Origin: Diplonema japonicum | Taxonomy: Eukaryota; Protista; Euglenozoa: Diplonemea | Length of the DNA stretch: 64,000 nt | Assembly (NCBI GenBank): GCA_964019335.1 | Contig: OZ025662.1 | Coordinates: forward strand, 496,001 to 560,000 | Direction: 5' to 3' | In this document: in pieces, positions 45,617-56,531 of the stretch | Layout of the letters: every line of letters starts with the position of its first letter | How positions within the stretch are numbered: the stretch's first letter is position 1 | Translations under genes and position numbers: made by a program | Notes under the pieces: generated by a model | Database searches by the model: none | What the model saw: the letters and a program-made list of their open reading frames with translations, nothing else | What the model was told of the DNA's origin: nothing

Positions 45617-48600
45617 ATGTCGTTTATAAGCGAAAGACCACTGTATAGCAACAGTGGGGATGCGTTCAGCTCACCGTTTGCCCAACGTGGGTCGCTGAGC
45701 CCGCCTGTGAAGGTACGTGGCGGGGAAGCTGTGGCCGATGCGGTTCAGTTACAGGAAAAGCCGGCTGACTCTCCCAAGCCGCCGTCTGTGGACAAGAACG
45801 CTTTGAGTGGAGACTTTCGGTCGATCAGAGGGATTCCAAACTGGTTGCTGGACACACTTGACGAATACAAACTACCAGTGCCCCGGCCGTTACAAGAACG
45901 CTCGCTGCACTTGCTGAGCAAACACTGCAACGTGATGACTGTGAGCGGGAGGCGTGAAGGGAGGGGTGTGACAATGGCCATTGGAGGCTTGGGGAAGCTA
46001 AACTTCGCCTGCAGAGGCCTACAGGTCGTGATATGCACCGTGGACACCGCAGCAGGGAACATGATCTCCGAGTACATGCGTTCTATGCTTCGAAAATCGC
46101 TGAAAGACGCCGACGCGGTGTCAGAAAGCGCCTGGCACACCATGATACTCTCTGCTACGGACACCACAGAGATCGCTGACAACATAGAAAGGCTCAGCAG
46201 TGCTGGGATGAGATCCGAGCCGTATTGCATGGCGGTGGTAGGGTCCCCTTCGCGTCTCAGGGAGCTTATCGAGCTTGACGCTGTCGACCTCGCACCCTTG
46301 CGCTTCTTCGGCATCCATCACACATCGGAGTTCGCTACCGAGGCCACCACCCCTGATCTAGCAGCCATCGCGTCGTCCTTACCCCCCAACGTTCAGATGC
46401 TTGCCATGCTCGACAAGCCCCTTCCCGTGTCGGGGTTCGATGCCTCCATCCTCGGAGACAGCCCGTTGACCTTTGAACAGGAGCCCTCGGAAAAACCACG
46501 TTTCGTGATGCAATACCACGTTAGTGTAAAGGAGAAGGGGAGGTTCGAGGCTGTGGGACAGATATGCGAGTCGAACCCAGGCGAGAAGATCATTCTGATC
46601 TGCGAATCGAAGCGAACGTGTGAGAACCTCGCCCGCAGCATGCAGCTAACGAGATTCGGTCGCGGCCGAACTGTGTACATACACGGGGGCTTCACTAACG
46701 CTGTGAAGGAAGAGGCTGCCGAGCTGTTCTGCAACGGGGTGTACCCGCTCCTTGTAACTACCGATGCCATCCTTGAGGTCATGCCGTTTCAAACAGTCCG
46801 GCTGGTTGTTGGTTATGATGCGCCTCCGTCCAGCATCGCGCACGTGAACCGCACCACGCTGCTCTCCCCTCTTGTCGAAGGTTCCTCCCTCATCACCCTC
46901 TACACACCCTCCGACAGACGGTCCGGCGGCTTGAGCAGAGCAGGCACCCCTGCACGCTTGGACACCATCCCCAACCTCCTCACCAAGACGCGCACGCCCC
47001 TTGCCACCACCACGAACACTACTCAGGACAGGCCCAAGTGGAAGCGCATCACCGAACGCGAGCGTCCAGTACGAAAGGTCGTCCAGAAGCAGCCCCTCCG
47101 TGCACCACCGACACCCCCTCTGAAGAAATGGGCCCCATCAACTAAATGGGGTACACGTGACCCAGGACCCAGCCCAAAGAAGCCCTCCCAGACTCCGCCC
47201 ACTCCTTCCCGGAAGAAGTGGTTCCCGGCAGGGAGCTGGGATCTCAACAATCTGCGGCATATGGTGCAGTCGCCCACCCAGACACAGAGGAAATACTCTG
47301 CCAGCAGTTCATACAAAGAGGAGCCAACACCCATCCCTCCACCATTGCCCGCACTGGCACCCCCTACGCCTCCCACGGCAACGTACAACCCTGCAGCCAG
47401 GCATTTGGAGTTCGCAAGTTCGAGGAAGCAGCCACCGCCGAAGCCTGCTGCGCTGAAACTGCCTGACACTGCGACTGACACCGAGGATGAGGTGCAGGGG
47501 ACAGAGGCGGGAGTCGACGACTCGTTAGAGGAGGCGACACAGCCAGTAGAGCCGCGGTATATGGAAGAAGAACAGGAGCAGGATGAGGTACTGCAGGAGG
47601 AATCGTCACTGGAAGAGCCGGAGTCAATACAGGCGGAACATACGCGAAGATGGGAGACAGAGGACCAACAGTTCGCACAGGGAGAGGGGTCGCTCTCATT
47701 GGCAGAGGAAGCTCAAATGTCGCAATCTTCGTCGCATGCATCAGAAGCACGCGAACAGATGTCGCAGTCGTCTTCCTCGCATGCTAGAGTGGGACGTGAA
47801 CAAATGTCGCAATCGTCTTCCTCGCATGCAGCAGAGGCACATGAACAGATGTCGCAGTCGTCTTCATCGCATGCAAGAGAGGCACGTGAACAGGTGTCGC
47901 AATCGTCGTCGTCGCGTACTGAGGCGCGCGAACGAGTGTCGCAGTCGTCTTCATCGCATGCAAGAGTGGGACGTGAACAAATGTCGCAATCGTCTTCCTC
48001 GCATGCAGAGGAAGCACGTGAACAGATGTCGCAGTCGTCTTCCTCACATGCAAGAGTGGAACGTGAACAAATGTCGCAATCGTCTTCGTCGCATGCAGCA
48101 GAGGAAGCACGCGAACAGATGTCGCAATCGTCTTCCTCGCATGCAGAGGAAGCACGTGAACAAGCGTCGCAGTCGTCTTCTTCTCATACAGGGGAGGCAC
48201 GTGAACAGATATCGCAATCGTCTTCCTCGCATGCAGAAGAAGCACGCAAACAAATATCGCAAGCGTTTTCGTCGCATGCACGTGAACAGATGTCACAGTC
48301 GTCGTCGTCGCATGCAGAGGAAGCACGTGAACAGATATCGCGGTCGTCTTCTCACGTGTCGCGTGAGAGTTCGCACACTACACGGCAGTCCTCCACCTTG
48401 TCGCAGCAGGTACAACGCGAGGAGGCGCTTGAGGGGAATGCATCGCGGTCGTCATCCGCATCGCAGGTGACGACACGGTCGAAGAGCAGCTCTGTTCATA
48501 AGTCGAGCGACTCGAGCTTCGGGAGGGAGGGCTTGACGCTGCAGATGGAGGTGGACTCCTTCCTCCCCGAGGAGCGGATGCTCTCTGAAATGTTCATGGT

Positions 48601-49015
48601 GGCAGACGAGGACGGGAACGGACTGATCTCCTTCGAGGAGCTCAAAACACTTCTCTACGAAACCACAGGAGAAGAGCTCACGAGGAACCAGTACGGGCAG
48701 CTTCTGGACGACGATGAAGTCCAACCTAGCGGGCTAGTCCTCTTCGGGTTCTTGAAGTCTTGCCTGGACAGGACACGTGGTGTCCAAGCCGTTTACTCAG
48801 AATGGAAGAAGACCATGGCTGAAGAGGAGTACTACGATAGCTTCCAAAACATGTCCTTTCAACGGCTTGAGACGGAAGGCGAAGATGACATTGAGTTAAA
48901 CGATGAGGAGGCTCCTTCCTTCCGCCGCTTAACCTCCCGGAAGTCATCGTCAATGCACTCCATCTTGAAGTCCATTCGAAGCGTGAATTCAGAGAAAAGC
49001 CTTACTAGCATGTGA
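45617..49015 (+). CDS. Degenerate DEAD-box (eIF4A-like) helicase fold + Pro-rich linker + 15-aa Ser-rich repeats + EF-hand
   Basis: Motif order retained but catalytic residues lost; EF-hand DEDGNGLISFEE. Confidence 0.75.
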   Translation: MSFISERPLYSNSGDAFSSPFAQRGSLSPPVKVRGGEAVADAVQLQEKPADSPKPPSVDKNALSGDFRSIRGIPNWLLDTLDEYKLPVPRPLQERSLHLLSKHCNVMTVSGRREGRGVTMAIGGLGKLNFACRGLQVVICTVDTAAGNMISEYMRSMLRKSLKDADAVSESAWHTMILSATDTTEIADNIERLSSAGMRSEPYCMAVVGSPSRLRELIELDAVDLAPLRFFGIHHTSEFATEATTPDLAAIASSLPPNVQMLAMLDKPLPVSGFDASILGDSPLTFEQEPSEKPRFVMQYHVSVKEKGRFEAVGQICESNPGEKIILICESKRTCENLARSMQLTRFGRGRTVYIHGGFTNAVKEEAAELFCNGVYPLLVTTDAILEVMPFQTVRLVVGYDAPPSSIAHVNRTTLLSPLVEGSSLITLYTPSDRRSGGLSRAGTPARLDTIPNLLTKTRTPLATTTNTTQDRPKWKRITERERPVRKVVQKQPLRAPPTPPLKKWAPSTKWGTRDPGPSPKKPSQTPPTPSRKKWFPAGSWDLNNLRHMVQSPTQTQRKYSASSSYKEEPTPIPPPLPALAPPTPPTATYNPAARHLEFASSRKQPPPKPAALKLPDTATDTEDEVQGTEAGVDDSLEEATQPVEPRYMEEEQEQDEVLQEESSLEEPESIQAEHTRRWETEDQQFAQGEGSLSLAEEAQMSQSSSHASEAREQMSQSSSSHARVGREQMSQSSSSHAAEAHEQMSQSSSSHAREAREQVSQSSSSRTEARERVSQSSSSHARVGREQMSQSSSSHAEEAREQMSQSSSSHARVEREQMSQSSSSHAAEEAREQMSQSSSSHAEEAREQASQSSSSHTGEAREQISQSSSSHAEEARKQISQAFSSHAREQMSQSSSSHAEEAREQISRSSSHVSRESSHTTRQSSTLSQQVQREEALEGNASRSSSASQVTTRSKSSSVHKSSDSSFGREGLTLQMEVDSFLPEERMLSEMFMVADEDGNGLISFEELKTLLYETTGEELTRNQYGQLLDDDEVQPSGLVLFGFLKSCLDRTRGVQAVYSEWKKTMAEEEYYDSFQNMSFQRLETEGEDDIELNDEEAPSFRRLTSRKSSSMHSILKSIRSVNSEKSLTSM
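47714..48368 (+). repeat. Coding minisatellite, ~45-bp unit x ~15 (QMSQSSSSHAEEARE)
   Basis: Direct inspection of DNA and translation. Confidence 0.9.
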
Positions 49016-49412
49016 TGGCGCGGAGGCGCTTTTATTTATTTATTTTTTTTTTTTTTTGTTAATCTAGAAGCTTTCCCTTTCTCCCCCCTCCCCCTTTTTG
49101 TTTTGGGCTTGTCCGTTCTTTTTTTTTTAATTTAGATTTTTTTTTTTGGAACCCCTCCATTCCTGTGATTATTATTTCTTTCCCCTGCTCAAGTTCATTT
49201 GAAAATTGAGGGTCGGTGACTAGGACACCCCCCCTTTTTTTTTCTTCTATTCTGGAAAAAAAGAACTTCTTAAATGAAAAACTATTACTCACCCCCCCCC
49301 CCCCCCCCCTAATCCCTCTTTTTATTTGTTTTCAAGGATCTCTCAACAACTACAAATAAAAGAACGCCGACAGTCCCTGCTATTACACGAAAAAAAAAAA
49401 AAAAAAAGAACT

Positions 49413-49690
49413 ATGGGCCACCATCGGCATGGACACCACGGTCGCCATCTTCAACATGGGCATCATGGCGGTGGTATGAGAACACGAGAGATTTTAAAAA
49501 AAGATTTTTTTTTCCAGGCCACAGTCACCATCAGAGTCATGACCACGTCTTTGTGAAGGGGTCGGCCCACCATTTCCATAATTTTCACGTGACACAACAT
49601 CACTCCTCGGATTTCCCTGATATACCAAGCTTGGGGACAAATGACGGTGACTTGCCAAACCCAAAGCCGATGAAGTGCAAGTGGGCGTGA
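49413..49690 (+). CDS. 77-aa histidine-rich microprotein; intron 49474-49517
   Basis: ATG after A-run; removing the GTATG..CAG intron continues the His-rich frame to TGA at 49690. Confidence 0.7.
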
Positions 49691-49886
49691 GATTGGGAGG
49701 TGGATGAAACGAAACAAAAAAAAAAAAAAAAAAAAAAAAAAGAAGAAATTATATACATTACACCCCCTTTTTTTTAGTATTTTCTTTTTTTTTTTTTTTA
49801 TAATATCTTTCCTCCTTTTTTTATCCTGAAAGGGGATTTTTTTTTTTTTTTTAAAAAATCTTTTGGGGGAAAAAAAAAAAAAAGAA

Positions 49887-50402
49887 ATGGAAGGGATCTC
49901 CCGACCTGAGTTCAAACGGGAGCTCCACGAGCTTTTTCAAATGCTCGATCAAGACGGGAGTGGGACCATAGATATTGTAGAGGTCCAGTCTGCCGCAAGC
50001 ATGTTCCTAGGACGGCCTATGCCGAAGGAGGAAGCAAGGCAAATGATAATGGACGCGGATGTGAACGGAGACGGCACCATAGATTTCGAAGAATTCCGGG
50101 AGCTGGTAGAGCACAAAGCTCGCCCAGAAACAGGTTTGGAGGATCTCCGCCTTGCGTTCAAACTGTTCGAGTGCAAGGACTCCCCCGGCTTCATCACCCT
50201 CTCCTCTATGCGAGATGTCTGCGACCACATAGGAGAATCAGTCACTGACGATCGCCTACAAGAAATGCTCAACCTAGTCGGGAACGGTGACGGGTTGGTT
50301 GATTACATGGGTTTTGTAAGATCGCAAACACTTCTTCAACAGTTGGACGAAATAGAGCGGGAGAATGCAAATACAGGCTTGGACGAGCAGGCTGTCGGGT
50401 GA
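49887..50402 (+). CDS. Centrin/calmodulin-like EF-hand protein
   Basis: DQDGSGTIDIVE, DVNGDGTIDFEE, AFKLF, GESVTDDRLQEM. Confidence 0.9.
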   Translation: MEGISRPEFKRELHELFQMLDQDGSGTIDIVEVQSAASMFLGRPMPKEEARQMIMDADVNGDGTIDFEEFRELVEHKARPETGLEDLRLAFKLFECKDSPGFITLSSMRDVCDHIGESVTDDRLQEMLNLVGNGDGLVDYMGFVRSQTLLQQLDEIERENANTGLDEQAVG

Positions 50403-50527
50403 ACTACCTGTGGTGTATTTACATACTCCCACCCACCTATATACGTTATTTATTTTTTTTTTTTTTTTTTTTTTTTTTGTAAAAAAAAGAAAAAAACAAA
50501 GAGGGACAAAAAAAAAAAAAAAAAAAA

Positions 50528-51727
50528 ATGATGCGCACACGGAGAAAAACCTCGTCAATTACGAACATAATGCTGAACCTGGTGCTGTGCATGTCGATCA
50601 TGGCTGTGATCTATCTGATCAAGCAGGCAACCGGTGCGGACGGGCTGTTCTCGCCAGACGTGGTGATAGAGGAACGAGGGTCCGAGGCCGGCATGAAGCT
50701 CATTCAAGACGACATACGGGACTTCCTACTGCACCACGACGCGACCCAACCGGCACTCGCCCGCCAGGACTTCAAAGAAATCAGGCAAATCAAACGAATT
50801 CCAGCGAAGAACCTCTCCTTCAGAGACTTCTACGACAACTACGAGATGACCGGGACCCCCCTCGTCATCAGCAACATCACCGTTAAAGGGAAATGGACGC
50901 TCAAGGACATCGGTGAAATCTGCAAGGACTCAACAGTAAACCCTCTCACTCCAACGAAACGTAAGGGGACGAACTGGGCAAACTTAAAGGCCGCGGAGAA
51001 AGGCATCACCGTGAAGGAGTTCGTCAAACAACTGGACGACAATGTCCAGCCGTCCCCTTACATGCACGACTGGTCTGTTCAAAAAAACTGCCCAAAACTC
51101 TTGGAAGAGTACGTGGTGCCCAAGTACTACGCGCAGGATTATCTAAGAAACCTTGAAACGGAGGCTTCTGGTGCAGCAGGTGCTTTTGGAGGAACAATGC
51201 TTACTTACGGGGAAACATGGCCTTCTTTATTTGTTGGGGAGAAAAGCACAGGCAGTGGGTTTCATGTTGACTCCGGTGACACACACTTCGTAATGCATAT
51301 GATAGAAGGGAGAAAACACTTCAGGTTGATCCGGAACCTCGACCGTGTCGCAGCGTACGAGGACCGCAACCGTGGAACGTTTACTTCTGATTTGTTTAAA
51401 CCCGATTTCGGTGAACTGCCTTTGCTAGCGTTGCTCACCGTTTACGAGACAGTGTTGGGTCCAGGGGAGATTCTCTTCGTCCCTGGTGGGTCTGCGCACC
51501 AGGTCGTCAACCTCAGCCCTACCATCGGGATCTCCACGAATTTTATCGACAATTCAAACATACAAAGATGCATCTCGCAGTTCGAAACTCAGCTTATGTT
51601 CGACGTTGCTGATGCACTCAAAGACGGCCTCAAAACCAAGTCCCTGGCCACAGAGATGGACCCATCTGATTTGAACCTGTTGGATGCGAATAGACACAGG
51701 GCTAGATATGGCAAACGGAAGCCATAG
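50528..51727 (+). CDS. JmjC (cupin) 2-oxoglutarate dioxygenase with N-terminal signal anchor
   Basis: PLVISN, WPSLFVG, GSGFHVD (HxD), GRKHF, PGEILFVPGGSAHQVVN (distal His). Confidence 0.88.
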   Translation: MMRTRRKTSSITNIMLNLVLCMSIMAVIYLIKQATGADGLFSPDVVIEERGSEAGMKLIQDDIRDFLLHHDATQPALARQDFKEIRQIKRIPAKNLSFRDFYDNYEMTGTPLVISNITVKGKWTLKDIGEICKDSTVNPLTPTKRKGTNWANLKAAEKGITVKEFVKQLDDNVQPSPYMHDWSVQKNCPKLLEEYVVPKYYAQDYLRNLETEASGAAGAFGGTMLTYGETWPSLFVGEKSTGSGFHVDSGDTHFVMHMIEGRKHFRLIRNLDRVAAYEDRNRGTFTSDLFKPDFGELPLLALLTVYETVLGPGEILFVPGGSAHQVVNLSPTIGISTNFIDNSNIQRCISQFETQLMFDVADALKDGLKTKSLATEMDPSDLNLLDANRHRARYGKRKP

Positions 51728-51974
51728 AGAGCGGTTGGGTGGGTTTTATGTTAAACTCCTGTTTTTTTTTTTTTTTTTTTTTTTTTAATTGTGTTCGATA
51801 TATATTTCCGTTTGTTTGGCTGTGCGCGGCGCTCTATTCCTTCATTTCTTTAATGAAGCTAAAAAAAAAAAAGAAAAAAAAAAAAAAAAAAAAAAAAGAA
51901 AAAGCAACTGCAGCAAGGCAAGTGTGGAATTCCTAACAAAAACTACGTCGTTGAGGTATTTGAAGGATGGACTT

Positions 51975-52010
<36 letters not shown>

Positions 52011-52720
52011 GCCGGAGATTTGGACCTTTTTTTTTTTTTTTTTTGCGAAATTGTTTGTTTTTGCAGTATTCTTTTTTTCTTTCTTTTATTTTTTCTTTTT
52101 TTTTCTCTGTGTTTGATGTCCCTTCTCCCTCCTTATGATTTTTAGTAAAAAGACATAAGTCATTTTCGATTTTTTGAGGGGCATCTCACAAAGACTTCTT
52201 ATTTCTTTTTTTTTTTCTTCATTGGTTCTCGCTCTTATTTTCTTTGTGTTTTTTTTTATTCACCCCTGTATCTCTAAAACCCGTCTGGGCAATTTTGAAC
52301 TGCTTAGGAGGTGCAGAAGGAAGTTTTAGGATGGTTGGGAAAAGTCTTTCATACAAAAGCCAACCCTTTTGAAAAATTGCAATTTCCCGCCCGTGTCCTC
52401 CTACAAAAAGGGATACTGGACAGGTTTTAGAAAGATGGGGTGTTGTTATTTTTTTTTTTTCTTCCTTCCCTCCCACCTTTTACCCTTCTAAAATCTCGCA
52501 TTGTCAGTCAATAACGATGGGAGTGAGGGGAGTTTTTCTTTTTTTCTTTTTTTTTTTCTTTTTGGAAATTTAAAGATCTCCACCAGGGGGGAAATTCCCC
52601 ACTCACGCACAAAATTATTTTCTATGAATAAAGGGGGAGAGAAAAACACAAAAAAAAACAAACAAAAAAAAAAAAAAAAAAAACAAAAAAATAAAGTGAA
52701 AAGAAGCGGAGTTAAGACGG

Positions 52721-52757
<37 letters not shown>

Positions 52758-52895
52758 CAAAAAAAAACAAAAAAAACAAACACATGGAAGAAAGGGAAGG
52801 GAAAAAAAAAAGGGAAAAACATAGTATCCAGGGTTAACCGATCACCCGCGGGTTTTTAATTCAATCGGGTTTTAAATTGACGTCAAATGAAAGGC

Positions 52896-53590
52896 GAGCA
52901 TGCAACCATGCTTAAAACCCTTATATTCGTATCCCGGGCCCCCCAGATACACAAAGCCGACCCCAGGGAGCATCAAAACGACTTAGAAAAGTTTTATTTT
53001 CCCGAAAAGCTGTTTTTTCGCTTTTTTTTGGCGGGTTTTTAATTAAAAGCGAAACAACAAAAAAAATCGAAAATCAAAAATTAAAACAGGAGGAGAGCAT
53101 GCAACCATGCTTAAAACCCTTCGTTTCGTCCCTCGTGGCCCCCAGATACACAAAGCCGACCCCAGGGAGCATCCAAATGACATAGAAAAGGATTATTTTC
53201 CCGAAAAGCTGGTGCTTCCCTGTTTCAGGCAGGGTCCTAATTGGGAACGAAATCAAAAGTCAATAATTAAAACGGGAGGAGAGCATGCAACCATGCATAT
53301 AATAACCCTTCTATTCGTCCCCCGCCCCCCCCAGATACACAAAGCCGACCCAAGGGAGCATCAAAACGACTTAGAGAAAGATTATTTTTCCGAAAAGCTG
53401 GGTTTTCCCTTTTTTTTGGCGGTTTTTCTTCTTTTTTCTGTTTAAATAGGAGCGAAATCAAAAATCAATAATTAGAACGGGAGGAGAGCGTGCAACCATA
53501 CTTATAACCCTTCTATTCGTCTCCCGGACCTCCCAGATACACAAAGCCTGCATCGAAACGACTTAGAAAAGGATTAATTTCCCGAAAATC
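52896..53590 (+). repeat. Tandem ~190-200 bp repeat x ~4 within the transposon
   Basis: GAGCATGCAACCAT..CCAGATACACAAAGCC..CCGAAAAG units at 52896, 53095, 53281, 53486; reverse copy at ~29030-29190. Confidence 0.9.
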
Positions 53591-53645
53591 GGGATGTTCA
53601 CCCACAGAGAACTGAATGCACGCACACAGCGATGAACGTTCAATT

Positions 53646-53861
53646 TCACACGACGTCTGGTGTGAGGCGGACGCGACATTGCATCTCTCCGGACTTGGCG
53701 CCGATCGAGGAGAACACCGCGTCCACGGCTGTTACCACGAGCTGCGTGTACAGCAGCGACAAGGCCCTGTCATGCAAAACAGGGAGAGCAGCTTTCTGAG
53801 CCAGCCACCACGCTTCGATATCGAATGAGGTCGCCTCAAGGCTGTGGTCCATTTGGGCCAT
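53646..53861 (-). pseudogene. hAT transposase C-terminal dimerisation domain remnant
   Basis: FDIEAWW....ALPVLHDRALSLL......AVDAVFS.......RVRLTPDVV follows the hATC pattern WW..P.L..A..L...ER.FS...R.RL.P. Confidence 0.75.
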
Positions 53862-54330
53862 TCCCCCTCAGACACGTCTTGCAGGGGTAGGCTGTCGCGT
53901 ACCGTTGCGAAGCCGCGCTAGAAAAACACGACGGTACATAATAACAAGTCTGAAAACCAGTTTTTTCAAAACTGCATTTAAAGCCTTAAATAAGGCTCTA
54001 TTTTGGGTTTTAATGGCTGGAAGGGGCTCAGATCGTCAAAATAGGGTTTTTGAAAAAAAGAAATTTGAGCATGGTCTTGGTATTTCTTGCCAGAAATATG
54101 GGTTTTGGACCGATCAAACCGATCCAAAATTACAAAAAAACCGATCCAAAATTACAAAAAAACCCATCATTAACCCGACAGTGATCGAAAATCTCAAATT
54201 GCTCGGGTCGGGTTTTAAAACCCGAAGGTTAACCCTGGATACTATGGAAAAAAAAAAAAAAAAAAAAAAAAAAAACAGTGAGGGAGATATTTCGTGTTTT
54301 TTTTATATTTCTTTTTTTTTTAAAAAAGAA

Positions 54331-54362
<32 letters not shown>

Positions 54363-54419
54363 CCAACCACCTCCTTCAAAGAAAAGAAAAAAAGAAATTA
54401 CACACAAAAGAAAACAACA

Positions 54420-56531
54420 ATGACAAGTATCAGAAAGCGCTCCTCGTTGATAACAGACGAAGGCGACAATGAAGGCAAAGAGGTGACACCCAAGAACACC
54501 ACAAAACGGCCTTCACTCCTACGAAAGTCCGCGAAGCCCGACAACATCGACACCACAATCCGCGAGAAGAAACGGGGCACCGTCCTCCAACCCTTGGAGG
54601 ACTTCTTCGTCTCCCCCCGGACAGCAGCACGGCGAAGCACAATCCTCTCACCAATAGACCGAAAAAGAGGCACTTTAATACTATCTGAGCAGAATGTAAA
54701 AACACTGGGTTCTTCAAACGTAGCATCTCCTGTGGTTGACAGAGGAAGACTTTCCGGTGTTTTGTTAGGAAATGATTTCACATTTGGGGAACAAGACGAA
54801 GAGGACGACATATTAAACATAAGCAACATTTCAACGGGGAATGAAACTCATTTGAAGTTCCACCAGGCGAGAGCGCGAAAAACAATGTGGGACGAGGAAA
54901 AGGAACACAGAACATCGATGAAATTCATGAATTCAGAAGCAAGGCGAAGCGTCGCGTCCGTTGAAAAAAAAGAAAGAAGACTACGACAGGGCGTCGGGGT
55001 CCGTTTACACCTGTGGCTCCGCGTCATTTGCAGTATAAATCTCACACAAAAAGTCAAATCTGGCACTGTTGAATTTCAATCCCTCCAGCGATTGCGAAAA
55101 TGCTTCCTCCCCTTATTCTGGAGATGGAGGTGGGTTCGCCACAACAAGCAGATCAGACGCGAACGAGAAGCTGCCGTAGAACTCCTTATCGAACAAAAAA
55201 CAGTCGACCCACCCTCACCAGAACACCTACGTCGAATCGAACTCTTTCAAAACTGGCCCGACCGGTCTTTAAGAACCGTCTCAAGATCCATGAAACCCTG
55301 CATCTTTAAACCCAACGAGTACATTTTAATGGAAGGCGATTGGGGAGGTGATTGTTTGTACATCATTGGGAAGGGTTCTGTGGACGTTACCGTTCGAAAC
55401 CCAAAGGAACGGGGGATAAAATCGCACAAGGATCCGTCAAGGGTCCACCTCGCCACCATAAGCGAGAACACCGAACGACCGTTTTTCGGCGAATTTGCGG
55501 TTCTGCTTAACGAACCTCGCTCTGCAACCGTTACCTCGAACACCCTGTGCTACTTATGGTCCCTCAACAAAAGTGTCGTTGACGACATGCTCAGCATGGT
55601 CCCGGAGATAGTTAGAAAAAAGGTTGAGATTCTTGCTGCGTCTAGACGGACACAGATCCTATCAAGGCTGTATCCATTATCGACAGATTTGTTGAGGTCT
55701 GCAAATGAGATCTTTCGGTGCTGGAACGAAACCATGTTGACAAGCCTTGTCGAGCAGTTCCTCCCGAAGGTTTGCTCTGGTAACGTCCGGGTGTTTGAAG
55801 AGAAGGCAGTCGGGGATTTCTTCTATTTCATAGCAAACGGGCAGGTTTCCATTCAGATCGACGGGGTTGAGGTTGAGAACCTCACGTCTGGAGAGTCTTT
55901 CGGTGATGTTTCGATTTTGTTCCTCGAGCGCCGTTCCGCTTCAGCTATCACACGCCGCCCCACCGACTTCTGGATCCTACCCAAACAAAAGCTTCTTGAC
56001 GCTTTATTCTCCAACCCTTCATGGTTCATCGCCGCTAAAGAAACCGTCAATATCCGTCGAGCCTCATGGATGCCCAAAACAACCGTTGCAATGTGGTTGT
56101 CCACACCCCTTGGGGATTACACACCGCCCGTCGTAATGAGACGCATTCTTCAAGATGCCCGCCCGATTGTCGCGGAGAAAGGACATAGAATCATTTCAAC
56201 CCACGGGGCAATGGACAATATGTATCTATTGGTGTCCGGTCTTGCGAGATCGCCGGACAGAACTAAAACATACACCGGTATAAGTATAATAGGTATTTAT
56301 GACGTGCTGACCTTTCAGCCAGGGTGGACCGTCACAATCGTCGCCGAGGAGAAGTGTGAGGTGTGGGCCATCCCCATAGATATCTTTTGGAGGGCGTTGC
56401 TTGCTAAGAAGGCTTTTTACCGAGGGCTTGTCTCCACGGAGGTGCAGCATGACCTCACCACCATTCACACCCTCCCCTTACGGAGCCCTTCACAGGTGCT
56501 CCTTAAATACGCCCCTAAAATCCCCTCTTAA
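54420..56531 (+). CDS. Cyclic-nucleotide-binding domain protein (2-3 cNMP domains)
   Basis: EGDWG..LYIIGKGSV, FFGEFAVL..EPRSATV; FYFIANGQV, SFGDVSIL..RRSASA; third domain degenerate. Confidence 0.88.
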   Translation: MTSIRKRSSLITDEGDNEGKEVTPKNTTKRPSLLRKSAKPDNIDTTIREKKRGTVLQPLEDFFVSPRTAARRSTILSPIDRKRGTLILSEQNVKTLGSSNVASPVVDRGRLSGVLLGNDFTFGEQDEEDDILNISNISTGNETHLKFHQARARKTMWDEEKEHRTSMKFMNSEARRSVASVEKKERRLRQGVGVRLHLWLRVICSINLTQKVKSGTVEFQSLQRLRKCFLPLFWRWRWVRHNKQIRREREAAVELLIEQKTVDPPSPEHLRRIELFQNWPDRSLRTVSRSMKPCIFKPNEYILMEGDWGGDCLYIIGKGSVDVTVRNPKERGIKSHKDPSRVHLATISENTERPFFGEFAVLLNEPRSATVTSNTLCYLWSLNKSVVDDMLSMVPEIVRKKVEILAASRRTQILSRLYPLSTDLLRSANEIFRCWNETMLTSLVEQFLPKVCSGNVRVFEEKAVGDFFYFIANGQVSIQIDGVEVENLTSGESFGDVSILFLERRSASAITRRPTDFWILPKQKLLDALFSNPSWFIAAKETVNIRRASWMPKTTVAMWLSTPLGDYTPPVVMRRILQDARPIVAEKGHRIISTHGAMDNMYLLVSGLARSPDRTKTYTGISIIGIYDVLTFQPGWTVTIVAEEKCEVWAIPIDIFWRALLAKKAFYRGLVSTEVQHDLTTIHTLPLRSPSQVLLKYAPKIPS

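Larger units (their letters stand above)
52820..54246 (-). mobile_element. Internally deleted hAT-type DNA transposon, 20-bp perfect TIRs, 6-bp TSD GAAAAA
   Basis: CATAGTATCCAGGGTTAACC (52820-52839) / GGTTAACCCTGGATACTATG (54227-54246); hATC remnant inside. Confidence 0.85.

Noticed and set aside
52896-53590. Repeat array that could be mistaken for CRISPR
   Set aside because: ~195-bp units homologous along their length with no unique spacers, in a eukaryotic transposon context
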